Part shown: positions 13,133 through 24,145 of the stretch, one piece after another
Layout of the letters: each line of letters opens with the position of its first letter
Numbering within the stretch: position 1 is the stretch's first letter
Source: Dictyostelium discoideum
Taxonomy: Eukaryota
NCBI GenBank assembly: GCA_000004695.1
Contig: CM000151.3
Span: forward strand, 4,736,001 to 4,800,000
Length of the DNA: 64,000 nt
Direction of reading: 5' to 3'
The notes under the pieces: generated by a model
What the model was told of the DNA's origin: nothing
The model's input: only the letters and a program-made list of their open reading frames with translations
The model's database searches: none
Translations under genes and position numbers: made by a program

Positions 13133-16100
13133 ATGGAATATAATGAAATATTATTTTGGAAAGTATTTCATAATAAATTTATATTTAATATTATAATTGA
13201 ACAAATTTCAAATGATCAATTAGAGTATGAACGTATTGAATTATATAAAATTGGTAATAGAATTAAATTTAAAGATATTCAATCATTGAAATTAATTGTA
13301 TCAAAAAAACAATTTGAATTATTAAAATGTAAATTAGAACATAATGATTTCATTTTATATAATAGAGAATCAATTGATCAATTAATACATTATGCACCAA
13401 TTGAAATAATAAAATTATTCATAGAGAAATATAAAATCAAACAACAAGATCCGCAATTAGATAAATTGAATGTAATGATTGATTTAGTACTCCATAGTAT
13501 AAAAAATAATAATTTAGAATGTTTAAGATATTTTTTAATTGAATTACAATTACCAGTTGAAAGAACTGCATTTGAATATACCTTAAAAGAGAAATCAATT
13601 GAATTCATTGATTTAATATTAAACTCGAATCAATTTAAATTGGAAGAATCTACAAGGAAATTCTGTTTAAAATTAATATCAAACAATTCAAGAAATTTCA
13701 ATGACCTAATTGAATATGTAATTTATAAAAGACCAGAATTAAATTATTTTACAACTAAATCAATAGTTGAAAATTTTAATCAACAAAAATTATCAAAATA
13801 TCCAGGTTATTTAAATACTCCACAAATTTTAGATTTTTTTTTATTTTATAAAATCAAATCAAAAGAAACAAAATTAAAATTATTAGAAATGGGTTGTGTT
13901 TCAACGGTTAAACCAGAATTTATATATTCAAATAAATTAAAACCAACCAATTGGAAAGATTATGATGAAGTTGAATTTTACCTTTTTATAATTTTAAAAC
14001 TTGGTGAACTTGAGAAATGTATAGCAAAAGATACAACTTTAGCAATTATTAGGAATGAATTTGAAGGGATTAAAGATTGTTCAAATTTAAAAACACAGGA
14101 TAAATGTAAAAAGTTACATGAATTAATAATAATTAAATTATTTCCTTATTTCTCATCACATATTTATAGAGATTATTTTGAACTTTATGATCAACCTATA
14201 CCAAATTCAGATTTTCTTTTCACTTTTCAAATTACATTTTCAACATTTAGTGTAAATGGGTTAAATTATTTATTAGATTTAAAAAAAAAAAAAAAATCAA
14301 TTCAAACCACAACAACAACAACAACAATTTATATTAATGAAATTACAAAAAAAATAGATACAAATAATGAAAAAGAAGTTTTAGAATTTTTAAAAATATA
14401 TTTTAAATCAAAACATTTACTACCAGAACTTAATAAAGTTTCAATTGATAATATGTTTTTACATGTATTAAATCATTGTTCAATTGAAACTTTAAATGAA
14501 ATTTTAAAATTAAAACCATCATCACAAGATGATATAATTAAAGGATTTTTAAGTGGTTTTTTACCAGATAATAATTTTCAATCATCAAGAGAAAAAGCAG
14601 ATGAATTTATTAAAACAATTCATATTAATAAAGATAATGATCGTTTTATTTGGTTCTCTGAGAAATTAGTAAAGAAATTATCATCAACTGCAGAAAGAAA
14701 TTTTATTAATTATAAATGTTTAAATTATTTGAATATTTCAACGAAAAATCATGTAGACTTTTTAATTGAAAATAAACCAGAAACTGTAATAATTCCATTA
14801 GTTAAAAAATATTTTGAAATTGAAAGTTTAGAATTAATAAATTATTTTGAAAAGAAATTAAATCAATCGAAACCATCAGCAAATCATTATTATTATCTTT
14901 ATTTTAAATCATTATTTAATGGTGATTTTAAAACTTTTCAAGAAATTGATGATATTAAAAATTTAAAATTGGAATTCCAATCAGCTGATTTCAAATCAAT
15001 TAAAATTAATGACCCATTGTTGATTGATAAAGTCATTGAAAATATTAATAAAAGTAATCTTAAAAGTTTAACAAGTGATTCAAAAATTAAACTTTTTAAA
15101 TTCCTATTAAAACAAAATGATGAAAAATTACAATCAAAAGTAATTGGAAGCCTACAGTTTAATTTATTCCCATTAGAATCAATGTTAGTTTTATTAGATA
15201 ATATATTGGATGTAAACATTGAAGCTTCAAATGCAATCATTAATAATTTAGTAATCAATGGTGAATTTGAATTATCATTATTGGTTTTAGCTGTAAATCA
15301 ATTTGAAAAGAGTAGATTATTTATAATTTATAAATCTTTGGATGGTAAACTAATTAAAAATGGATATAATGCAAAAGATAAATTAATACCATTTATTAAA
15401 TCGTTATTTAATAAATTGGAAGCAAATTTAAATGATGACTTTCCATCACTTTCAGATAGTCAAGAAATTCAATTCATCTTCTCTTATCTTTACAAATTAT
15501 TAATACAATGCGATGATATAACATTAGACTTAATAAATAGTGTACGTCAATTTTATTTAAGCAATGATTTAATCATTACCGATGATTTGTTTAGTTTATC
15601 TTGTTATCTTTCATTAAGATCTTATCAATTCATTAAATATTTATCTGCTATGAAAATAAGATTAAATAATGGTATTTTCTTTTTAAATGGTGTTTGGAAT
15701 TTTGAATTCGATAGTTCTGATCAAAATTATACACTAGACTTCAATTTAATGTTAAAAGAAAATAAAGTACCCATTGATAAAGATTTCTTTGATGTAATTT
15801 ATCAAACAACCAAATCTAAAGATAACAACTTTGATTTCTTTAAGAAAATTGTATTCCACAAATTAAGAAATTTAATGATTGAATTTCAAAGATTGCCTCG
15901 CCCACTTCCAATTGCTGTTGAAGTTAATTTGTTTATAGAGTTAAATAGAGCAGATCTGGTATTGGAATTAGCAGAGATAGAAGTTTCACTAAATAAACCA
16001 TTCCCAATTGAAACCGTTGGTGGTTTTATGAACATTGCTACATTGGATCAACTTAAACAATTAATTTCATTAATAGGACAAACTGAATCAAAACGTATTA

Positions 16101-16672
16101 AATATCTATTTTTAAAGAATTCCATTATTTCCCGTAAATTTGATTTCATTGATTACTTTTTGAAAGAATCAATTTTATTCATTGAAGAATTGACAAAAGG
16201 TTCATTAGATAGCAATGAATTTAAATTTTTCAAAGAGATCTTAGCTTCAAATGATATTGAATTGGTTGAATATTTATTAAAAAATTATAGAGGTCAAGAT
16301 TTTCAGACAATCGCCACCACCACTACCTCGATTACCACCACTACTACCAATCCTCAATCTGTTGTTATAACAGGATTAATTGATTTATTTAAAGACTTTC
16401 AATATTCTCAAAATTTATATCATAATAATTTTCAAGTTACAATGGATAATGGTTTAATCGATATGTTTAATCTCTTATCTCGACATTTTCTATTCGTTCC
16501 AAAAAAAGATAATATCCTTCACACAATTAGACAAGGAAGATTTAAATTGGTTGATTATTTATATAAAAATGATTATTTCGAACATCTTGGTGAAGAAACT
16601 ATAACCTCTATTAATGATTTTGTAAAAGATCAATATCCATATGATTATTTTTCTTTAAAAAAAAACAAATAA
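13133..16672 (+). CDS. Hypothetical lineage-specific protein, 1179 aa, single exon.
   Basis: An uninterrupted ATG-initiated ORF with typical Dictyostelium codon usage, a TAA stop, and internal poly-T (TTTTTTT) and poly-K/N tracts. The N-terminus (EILFWKVFHNKFIFNIIIEQI) resembles the conserved N-terminal motif shared by many Dictyostelium-specific gene families. I recognise no characterised domain. Confidence 0.65.
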   Translation: MEYNEILFWKVFHNKFIFNIIIEQISNDQLEYERIELYKIGNRIKFKDIQSLKLIVSKKQFELLKCKLEHNDFILYNRESIDQLIHYAPIEIIKLFIEKYKIKQQDPQLDKLNVMIDLVLHSIKNNNLECLRYFLIELQLPVERTAFEYTLKEKSIEFIDLILNSNQFKLEESTRKFCLKLISNNSRNFNDLIEYVIYKRPELNYFTTKSIVENFNQQKLSKYPGYLNTPQILDFFLFYKIKSKETKLKLLEMGCVSTVKPEFIYSNKLKPTNWKDYDEVEFYLFIILKLGELEKCIAKDTTLAIIRNEFEGIKDCSNLKTQDKCKKLHELIIIKLFPYFSSHIYRDYFELYDQPIPNSDFLFTFQITFSTFSVNGLNYLLDLKKKKKSIQTTTTTTTIYINEITKKIDTNNEKEVLEFLKIYFKSKHLLPELNKVSIDNMFLHVLNHCSIETLNEILKLKPSSQDDIIKGFLSGFLPDNNFQSSREKADEFIKTIHINKDNDRFIWFSEKLVKKLSSTAERNFINYKCLNYLNISTKNHVDFLIENKPETVIIPLVKKYFEIESLELINYFEKKLNQSKPSANHYYYLYFKSLFNGDFKTFQEIDDIKNLKLEFQSADFKSIKINDPLLIDKVIENINKSNLKSLTSDSKIKLFKFLLKQNDEKLQSKVIGSLQFNLFPLESMLVLLDNILDVNIEASNAIINNLVINGEFELSLLVLAVNQFEKSRLFIIYKSLDGKLIKNGYNAKDKLIPFIKSLFNKLEANLNDDFPSLSDSQEIQFIFSYLYKLLIQCDDITLDLINSVRQFYLSNDLIITDDLFSLSCYLSLRSYQFIKYLSAMKIRLNNGIFFLNGVWNFEFDSSDQNYTLDFNLMLKENKVPIDKDFFDVIYQTTKSKDNNFDFFKKIVFHKLRNLMIEFQRLPRPLPIAVEVNLFIELNRADLVLELAEIEVSLNKPFPIETVGGFMNIATLDQLKQLISLIGQTESKRIKYLFLKNSIISRKFDFIDYFLKESILFIEELTKGSLDSNEFKFFKEILASNDIELVEYLLKNYRGQDFQTIATTTTSITTTTTNPQSVVITGLIDLFKDFQYSQNLYHNNFQVTMDNGLIDMFNLLSRHFLFVPKKDNILHTIRQGRFKLVDYLYKNDYFEHLGEETITSINDFVKDQYPYDYFSLKKNK

Positions 16673-17352
16673 AAAACTGTTTAAAAAAAAAAAAAATTTT
16701 TTGCTTTTGTTTTTTGTTATTATTCGAAATTATCTGATGAAAATTGTCCAAGTAATTACTTTGGATTTTCAATATCTCATATGAATGTATCTTGATTTGA
16801 CTAGTAATAACAATAATAGTAATATTTGAGTTAATAAATTGAAAAATAATCAAAAATAAGGTTATCATTAGTTTGATGTGGCAATAATTATTATTATTTT
16901 TTTAAATTAAATTGTTAAACATATTTAAAAAAAAAATAGTTGAACTCATTTTAATACAAATATTAATAAAAAAAAAAAAAAAAAAAAAAAAAAACAGGAT
17001 GGTTGTGTTTTAATTTTTTTTTAAATTAATTATTGTAAAATAAATAGTATTAAATTAATAAAATAAATTTATAAAATAAAAATAATTAAATTAATTAATT
17101 AAATAAATAAATTAAATAATATAAATCCTTCTAGAGTATACCACTTCCATTGCAAAACAATGAATTAAATTTCTTTATTTTCACTTTTTTTTATTAAAAA
17201 TATTATTTGCATTTATTAATGAATTGATTCTATTCCAATCAAATTAAAATTATACTTTTCAAATAAACTCTATAAACGATAGTAATATTTTTAATAAAAA
17301 AAGAAAAAAAAATTTATGTTGTTTTAATTTAATAAAGTTAGCAATAATTAAA

Positions 17353-17354
17353 AT

Positions 17355-17385
<31 letters not shown>

Positions 17386-17417
17386 TTTGTTTGTTTATTT
17401 ATTTATTTATTTATTTA
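17353..17417. repeat. (ATTT)n microsatellite, ~15 units.
   Basis: atttatttatttatttatttatttatttgtttgtttatttattt... Confidence 0.9.
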
Positions 17418-17475
17418 TGTAATCTGAAACCATGGTTGACCAGTAGTTGTAATGGTGATTGTGTTGTTGGATATG

Positions 17476-17488
17476 TTTGTTTGTTTGT

Positions 17489-17520
<32 letters not shown>

Positions 17521-17552
17521 GCTGTTGTTGTTGTTGTTGTTGTTGTTGTTCT
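17476..17552. repeat. (TTG)n microsatellite, ~25 units, intergenic.
   Basis: gtttgtttgtttgttgttgttgttg...ttgctgttgttg... Confidence 0.9.
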
Positions 17553-17558
17553 TGTGTT

Positions 17559-17696
17559 CGTACACTGTAAAAAAAAAAAAAACTTCACACAAGACCCAAA
17601 GGTCTAAAAAAATGATTAATAGTTTGGGCCAGATCATATTATGTTGAAATTAAAGATATTTTTATCTTTTTTTTTTTTTTTTTTTTACAGTGTACG
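17559..17696. mobile_element. MITE-like unit of 138 bp bounded by perfect 24-bp terminal inverted repeats (CGTACACTGTA + A-run / T-run + TACAGTGTACG).
   Basis: CGTACACTGTAAAAAAAAAAAAAA lies at 17559-17582 and its exact reverse complement at ~17667-17696. The internal sequence contains short palindromes (AGACCCAAAGGTCT). It directly follows the (TTG)n microsatellite. No clear target-site duplication is visible. Confidence 0.3.
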
Positions 17697-17940
17697 AAAT
17701 TGGTAGAAAAAAATCACTTTTTAAATTTCCCAAAAACCAAAAAAAAAAAAATAAAAAAAAAATAAAATAATTGATCAAGATATTTTTATCTTTTTTTTAT
17801 TTTTGTTATTATGATCAAAAATTAATTTTATTTTTTTCTTTTTTATTTTTTTTTAGTTTTTTGAGAAATTCGAGCAGTGGGAACGCTTTTCTATCTGTTG
17901 TCCTAAAACCCTAAGTTTCAAAGAATTTTGATTTTAATTT

Positions 17941-18010
17941 CCTTTTATTTTTTATTTTTCCAATATTAGAAACTTAATATTGGAAAAATAAAAAATAAAA
18001 AATAAAAAAA
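17941..18010. repeat. ~27-bp-arm palindrome/hairpin in an intergenic spacer.
   Basis: TTTTATTTTTTATTTTTCCAATATTAGAAACTTAATATTGGAAAAATAAAAAATAAAA has one mismatch in the arms and a 4-nt loop (AAAC). Confidence 0.7.
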
Positions 18011-18212
18011 TATTATATGCTCTGGTCAAATTTTTCAAAAAACTAAAAAAAAAACTAAAAAAAAAATAAAAAAAAAATAAAATCAATTTTTGGTCATACA
18101 AAATTAAAAATTAAAAACACTTTTTTTTTTTTTTTTTTTCGTTTCACAATTTCTTTTCTTTAAAAAAAAGGTAATAAAAATAAATAAAGAATTTAATATA
18201 TATTAATTAAAA

Positions 18213-18847
18213 ATGTCACTGATATTGGATATAAATAAAAATTCAACTGAAAATAAAAACAATCTTGAATCAACAGGAATATTATTTCAAAAAGTTTGGG
18301 AGAATGCAGTGATAAAAAATAAAATTTTATCATTTTTAAAAGTAAAGACAACAACATCTTTGTTATTACCAAATTTTAGAGGTAACAAGATTAAATTATC
18401 AGTAGAAGGATTTATGCCAAAAGATGATATGTCAAATAAAACACAAGTATTAAAAGAAAATAAATATTCCAAATTCGATGAAATGGTTAATGTATCCAAG
18501 ATGATCAGTTATGGCAATAAAGAATTATTAAAATACAAAGTATCAATAAATTATGAAGACTTACATTTCTCAAATAATGATATACATATCATACTTCAAA
18601 ATTTTAAAGATGAAAATTACGATTATCAATTCTATCAAGATCTTTTTAATAATTATCCATTTTATTTCACTTTAGACGAAACAAAAAAGAATAAACTATT
18701 AAATAAAATAATTGTAAACGATAATTTATTAGCATTAAAAGTTCTCATCAATCAACTCAACCCAATCATTACATACAATAAATTTATAATGGCAGTTATA
18801 AAAGGATCTATAGATATTGTAAATTATCTTTCAAATTCAACTACTAC

Positions 18848-18909
<62 letters not shown>

Positions 18910-19760
18910 TTAAATTAAATGAAGATGATATTATTAATGTATTCAATTTTATTTTTTTCGATGAAACTGAAGATATGGATTTTGATCCTGATTTAGAGGA
19001 GGAAGATTATTTTCCTCCTTTAGTGGAAACAAAATACCCAATAATGGATTATAGATTTTTTCCATTGGATAATATAGAGATTGTCTTTTTAAAATCGATA
19101 CGCGATAAAAAAAATATGATTCAATGTTTAATGAATTTAGGTGTAAAGCTTCCAACAAAGATTAAAGAACCAATTAAATATTTATTTGATTTATCCATGT
19201 GTGAAGATCTTTGTTTTTTCCCTAATATTACATTAAAATGGCTAATTGAAATATATGAATGTATTCATTATGTATCACCATTGGTTTCTAATGAATCATT
19301 ATCAGAGGCAAATAAAAAGCTTTCAGATTTATTATATTCAAAAGAAAAGTTTGAATCAATAAAGAAATTATTCAGTGAAATCGAATTAAATTCAACTTTA
19401 AACCGTTTAGATTCAAGAGAAGAAATCAAACAAATGTATAAAATACTCACAATGGTTTCTCATATTCATCCTATGGATTACCAAATTAGATATGAAGAAA
19501 TAAACAATGGATTCAAAAGTAATTTTAAACTTATTTTTAAATATAGTGACCCAACATATCAAAAATTATTTATTGAAAATTTTATTAGCTATATAGAAAA
19601 TAATGATTTTTGTGATGAAAGCTGTAATGAAACTTATTTCTTGGTCAATTCACTTATCGATAATGATAAAGTAGAATATTTAAAAATGGCTTTAAATTCA
19701 TTCGATTATTCAGATTCGTATTCGGATTCAGATGTTATTATCAATATTAAATCATTTTAA
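18213..19760 (+). CDS. Hypothetical lineage-specific protein, 515 aa, with a 22-residue poly-N tract. Possible paralogue of the 13133..16672 gene by N-terminal motif.
   Basis: An ATG-initiated ORF. The N-terminal segment LFQKVWENAVIKNKILSFLK parallels LFWKVFHNKFIFNIIIEQI in the upstream gene. A coding (AAT)n repeat lies at 18845..18905. The stop overlaps the start of the next ORF. Confidence 0.55.
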
Positions 19761-20751
19761 AACTAAATATCCAGAAGATTATTATAGTCAATGTAGTAAA
19801 TTAGATTTCAAGGAAAATCAAAAACTATTTTCAAATGATTTCATTTGTAACAACTATCAAGATTTTAAAAAGAATATATTAAAATGTAATAAAGATAACC
19901 CATTAAATTTCTTTCCAGTTTCCAAAAATTTGAAATTAAATCAATTCGTTGCAATTTTAGAATCAACACCACCTCAACAAAAGTATTCATGTTTATTAAA
20001 TCCAGAAATTTTGGCATGGATCTATGAGAATAGAGAATGTGATTTAAAATCTGGTAGATGTATACAACCAAATTTTGTAACATTATTCAGATATTTATTT
20101 TACACCAACCAATTTTCAAAAGCATTAAATGATATTGATTATTTTAATAATCCTGGTGACCTTGATTATTTTAATTTTAAAAATAATCATAATGATGAAA
20201 AAATCCATTCTATTGAAGAAATAATAAAAGCCATGAAATCAAAAAAAGAATTCAAACAACAACAAATTGATGAATTTAATACAATTTTTAAAATAACACT
20301 ATTATTCATAATTCCAGGTTTAAAAAAACTTATAAAATCAATAATCAAATCTAATAATTTTAATTATTTAGAAATACTTTACAACTACATTAATAACACC
20401 AGTAAAGAAAAGAAATTTGAAAATCTATTGGAAGAATTAAAAGATTTAATATTTCAGTATATTAAAAAGTACAATAAAATCAGTTGTTTAAAATTTTTAT
20501 TGAAATTAGATCAAGATAATAAGTCATTCTTTTCTGAAGATTTGTTAATATTTTTTTACAAAGAAATAAATACAAATTATTCAATAAATCAAGAAATTTC
20601 AAATATTTTAAAAATTTATTTCAATTTTAACATTGAAGATAAAATAAAAGAAGAAGATGAAAAAGAAGAAGAAGAAGAAGAAGAAGAAAAAGAAGAAGAA
20701 GAAGAAGAAGAAGAAGAAGAAGAAGAAGAAGAAGAAGAAGAAGAAGAAGAA

Positions 20752-20783
<32 letters not shown>

Positions 20784-20814
20784 CGATGATGATGACGAGA
20801 TGAAGGAGGATTAA
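19732..20814 (+). CDS. ORF of 360 aa ending in a ~50-residue poly-E/D tail. It is either a separate gene or the frameshifted continuation of the 18213..19760 ORF.
   Basis: The ORF starts at an ATG embedded in GATGTT, 29 nt before the TAA of the preceding ORF. No GT..AG intron explains the +1 shift. The (GAA)n microsatellite 20649..20795 encodes the EEEE... tail, followed by ...DDDDDEMKED*. Confidence 0.4.
20649..20795 (+). repeat. Coding (GAA)n microsatellite of ~48 units, giving a poly-Glu tail.
   Basis: gaagaagaagaa... with a few aaa/gag interruptions, inside ORF 19732..20814. Confidence 0.9.
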
Positions 20815-21027
20815 AAAGAGATGACAAAGTCTAAAAAGAAGATTAATTTTATTTAAAAAGTATTGTTTTTAACATCTCAGTGAATAAGCTATAACCTCAA
20901 TTAATCAATGTTCAATAATCCAGTTTCATTTTTAAAAAAATAAAAAAAATAAAATTAATATTAGTTCGAAATTATCTATATATGCCATATGGCAGATGAT
21001 ATTGTTGTGGTGAGTTTTCACATTAAA
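20803..21027. repeat. Copy 1 of a ~230-bp direct duplication covering the last codons, stop and 3'UTR of the 19732..20814 ORF.
   Basis: ...AAGGAGGATTAAAAAGAGATGACAAAGTCTAAAAAGAAGATTAAT...GAATAAGCTATAACCTCAATTAATCAATGTTCAATAATCCAGTTTC...ATTAGTTCGAAATTATC...TATGCCATAT... recurs at 21456-21690 with ~90 % identity. Confidence 0.8.
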
Positions 21028-21059
<32 letters not shown>

Positions 21060-21074
21060 TTTTAAAAACAATTT

Positions 21075-21345
21075 ATTAAACCAAAACAATAAAAAAACTA
21101 TTTATAAACAGTTATTTGATTGTTTTAAGATTAAATAACAATTTACTTTAATAAACCATATATTAAACAAATAATCACTTGTTGAGTTTGCAAATAAAAA
21201 AAACAAAAAATTGAAAAATTAAAAAAAAAAAAAAAAAAAAAAAAATAGACCAAACTTGAAAGTAAATTGTTATTTAATTTTTAAACAATCAAATAACTGT
21301 TTAAAAATAGTTTTTATCTTGGAAAAATGGTTTGTGATTGTTTTT
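21075..21345. repeat. Long imperfect inverted repeat (hairpin arms of ~60-80 bp with a ~100-bp loop) lying between the two duplicated copies.
   Basis: The left arm 21095-21151 (AAAAACTATTTATAAACAGTTATTTGATTGTTTTAAGATTAAATAACAATTTACTTTAA) is the reverse complement of 21256-21315 (TTGAAAGTAAATTGTTATTTAATTTTTAAACAATCAAATAACTGTTTAAAAATAGTTTTT). The outer extension CCAAAACAAT pairs with ATTGTTTTTGG. Confidence 0.75.
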
Positions 21346-21455
21346 GGATTTAATGCTTCAAAAAAAAAAATAATAAAAAAAAAACAATCAAAAAATGAAT
21401 ATGGGTAACTATGAAAAAAATATTTTGATAAAAAAAAAAAAAGAAAAAGAAATGG

Positions 21456-21690
21456 AGAAGGAGGATTAAAGAGAGATGACAAAGCCTACAAAGAAGATTA
21501 ATATAAGTTATTTAAAAAGTATTATTTTTTAACATATCAATGAATAAGCTATAACCTCAATTAATCAATGTTAAATAATCCAGTTTCTTTCTTTAAAAAA
21601 AATAAAAAAAATAAAAAAAATAAAATTAATATTAGTTCAAAATAATCATTGTATGCCATATATCTATGGTAGATAATATTATTCATAACT
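21456..21690. repeat. Copy 2 of the duplicated gene-3'-end/3'UTR segment. It retains a ...EKED* mini-ORF and stop.
   Basis: GGAGAAGGAGGATTAAAGAGAGATGACAAAGCCTACAAAGAAGATTAAT...GAATAAGCTATAACCTCAATTAATCAATGTTAAATAATCCAGTTTC... Confidence 0.8.
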
Positions 21691-21825
21691 TTTTTTTTAA
21701 ATTATCTATTTTAATTTTAGCAGATTCTTTTTCTTAAAAAAAAAAATAAATAAATAAAAATTAACATATGGATAAGTTTCTTTTTATAAAAAATAATAAC
21801 AAATTATTATTTATTTTTTTATTTT

Positions 21826-24145
21826 TTAATTTTCATTTTCATCTTCATCAGAAAAATCAACATAATCATCTAAAAATCCTGGTGCTGGTTGTTGAGTACC
21901 TTGAGTAGCTGCTAATTGTCGTTCTCTTTGAATGGATGGATCATTCCATGGTAATAAAGAATGAAGGAAATTTAAAACTGGATTGGCAGGACCAGTGTAA
22001 TCTGGATTCTCTTGTAATAAAGGTTCTAAAGGTTGTTGTTGTTGATGTTGTAAGTTTTGTTGTTGTTGTTGTTGTAATTGTCTTAATTGTTGTTGGACTC
22101 TTCTTTGTTGTTGTTGATTTCTTTGATGAATTTGGAAACCTTGACCAATACCACCTCTTCTAAGATGTTGTGGTGGTGCTTGATTTGGATCACGTTGTGG
22201 TAGGATATCTCTGAAACCTTCAGCATGCATTGCTTCGATAATGTCTGGTGTTAATCTATTGATAACGTCAGAGTATTCTGATAGAACTAAATGATCGAAG
22301 ACCTCTTGATTCACAGTTTCATACTCTGCTTTGATTGAATCACTCAATTGTTTTACCATTGGATGTTTGGCGGCTACTTTATCTAATACAATGATAACAT
22401 TTGATTTTAACCAATCTAAAATTTCAGGAGTTTGCCAACATTGATAATTTCTCTCGACAAACAAAGTCACCAAATGATCGATACGTTTCTCCAATGGGTC
22501 ATCCTTAAAGAATGGATCATTTTCAAGTGTTATTATTTTACCATTCTTTGGAATTGAGAAATTAGTTTTCAATTTCTCCAACAATGGTTGAAGCACCATT
22601 GGGAATGATATTAAGGCCTTTTGTAAGAGTATATCACTTGATTCTTCAACACTTGATGATTTCGATGATGATGTTGATGTTGATGTTGATGTTGTTGTTG
22701 TTGATTTCTCTCTCTCCAAATGATACATTGCCAAAGCAGCAGAATAACAAAAGTTTGGTAACAATGATAGATCGCCTTGATTGGTTGGTGTGATAGTTTT
22801 TAACTTTGTGAATAAATCTACCAAGAATCTATACTGTTTGGATCTAATGGAGTAGTAATCGATGATTAAACGTACATACAATGGATCAGAGTAATCCCAA
22901 GTTAATAAAATTTTACAAAGTTCTAATGCGGTTCTATGACATGCCCTTCTACCAATGATTTGAATAAATCTAAAGATTGCCAAGAAACATGATTTATTTT
23001 GGTCATGTCTATATTCGAATCTACAATTACCATTGAGTGGATTAAAGAGATGATGGAATACATTCTCAAATGCAAATACTGCCATCTCTACGAAATCACC
23101 CGCTTTTGAATAATCTGCAGTTTGTAAACAAACTTGACCCAACTGTAATAATGAATCAATATGATATGGATGATATCTAATAATTTCAACTAAACTCATT
23201 GGGTCATGAGTTGTTAATGCTAAATAAAATTCTTCTTGAATATTTGAATATGTTTGACCCCATTTAATTTTAAAATAATTTATACCATCTAAAGATTGTT
23301 GTTGTGATTTTAATTTTGGTGATACTGTATTGGTTGTAGTAGTAGTTGTAGTTGTGGTTGTTGTTGCATTTGTTGGTGATGATGGTACTTTATCATCATT
23401 ACATATTTCCATTACCATAAATCCTCCCATGACATCAGGCCATTCAGGTTTTGGTTGAACAAATATATAGTTTTTCTTTTTAAAATGATGTACACTCTTT
23501 TTCTTTTGACCTTTAATATCTGAACTCTTACAACCAAATAATTTTTTCAATTCGTTATCTGGGTTTAAATTAACTGTATTAATTTTAAATAATTCTCTAA
23601 ATTCTTTATCTTTAATCTCAATTCTATATAATATTATTTATTTTGTTAAATACATAATAATATAAAATTAGTAAAATATTATTATTAAAAAAAAAGTAAA
23701 AAAAAAAAAAAAAAACATACTCTGATAATATTATTGGTGGCGATGATTTTTCAATCTCATTTAATTCAAGTTCATCTTTTTCTTGTTGTTGTTGTTTTTT
23801 CTTTTGTTGTTGTTTTTTCTTTGCTTGTTTTTTTTTGGATGCTTGTTGTTGTTGCTTTTGTTTTTGTTGTTTTGAAGATAATTGTTCTTTAGCTTGAGGT
23901 TTCTCTTTTTCAATTTCTTCTTCTTCTTCTTCTTCTTCTGATTCTTCTGATTCAGAATCTTTTTTATCTTCATTTTCATCTTGGTCACTTTTGTCGTCAT
24001 CTTCGTCTGATAAGTTTAACATTGAAAATTTTGGTTTTACACTATTAACAACAACAACAACTTTTTTTTCACTTCCCTCATCCGAACTACTATTTACATG
24101 TTGTACGTTAATATGTTGTTTCTTTTTTAATGCTTTTGTTGACAT
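21826..24145 (-). CDS. TCF25 / Rqc1 family protein (ribosome quality control complex subunit), 740 aa. Two exons: 24145..23721 and 23623..21826.
   Basis: Exon 1 (MSTKALKKKQ..., then an acidic S/E/D stretch and a basic K/Q stretch) ends ...IILS+ga. The donor is GTATGT at 23720..23715 and the acceptor ..atatAG is at 23625-23624. The phase-2 join gives ...LNEIEKSSPPIILSEIEIKDKEFRELFKINTVNLNPDNELKKLFG, matching the human TCF25 N-terminus (MSRRALRRL..., ...RIEDSTGLNR...HLNPDTELKRYFG). Exon 2 holds the conserved core (...IFRFIQIIGRRACHRTALELCKILLTWDYS-DPLY...). The intron is 97 bp. Confidence 0.85.
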
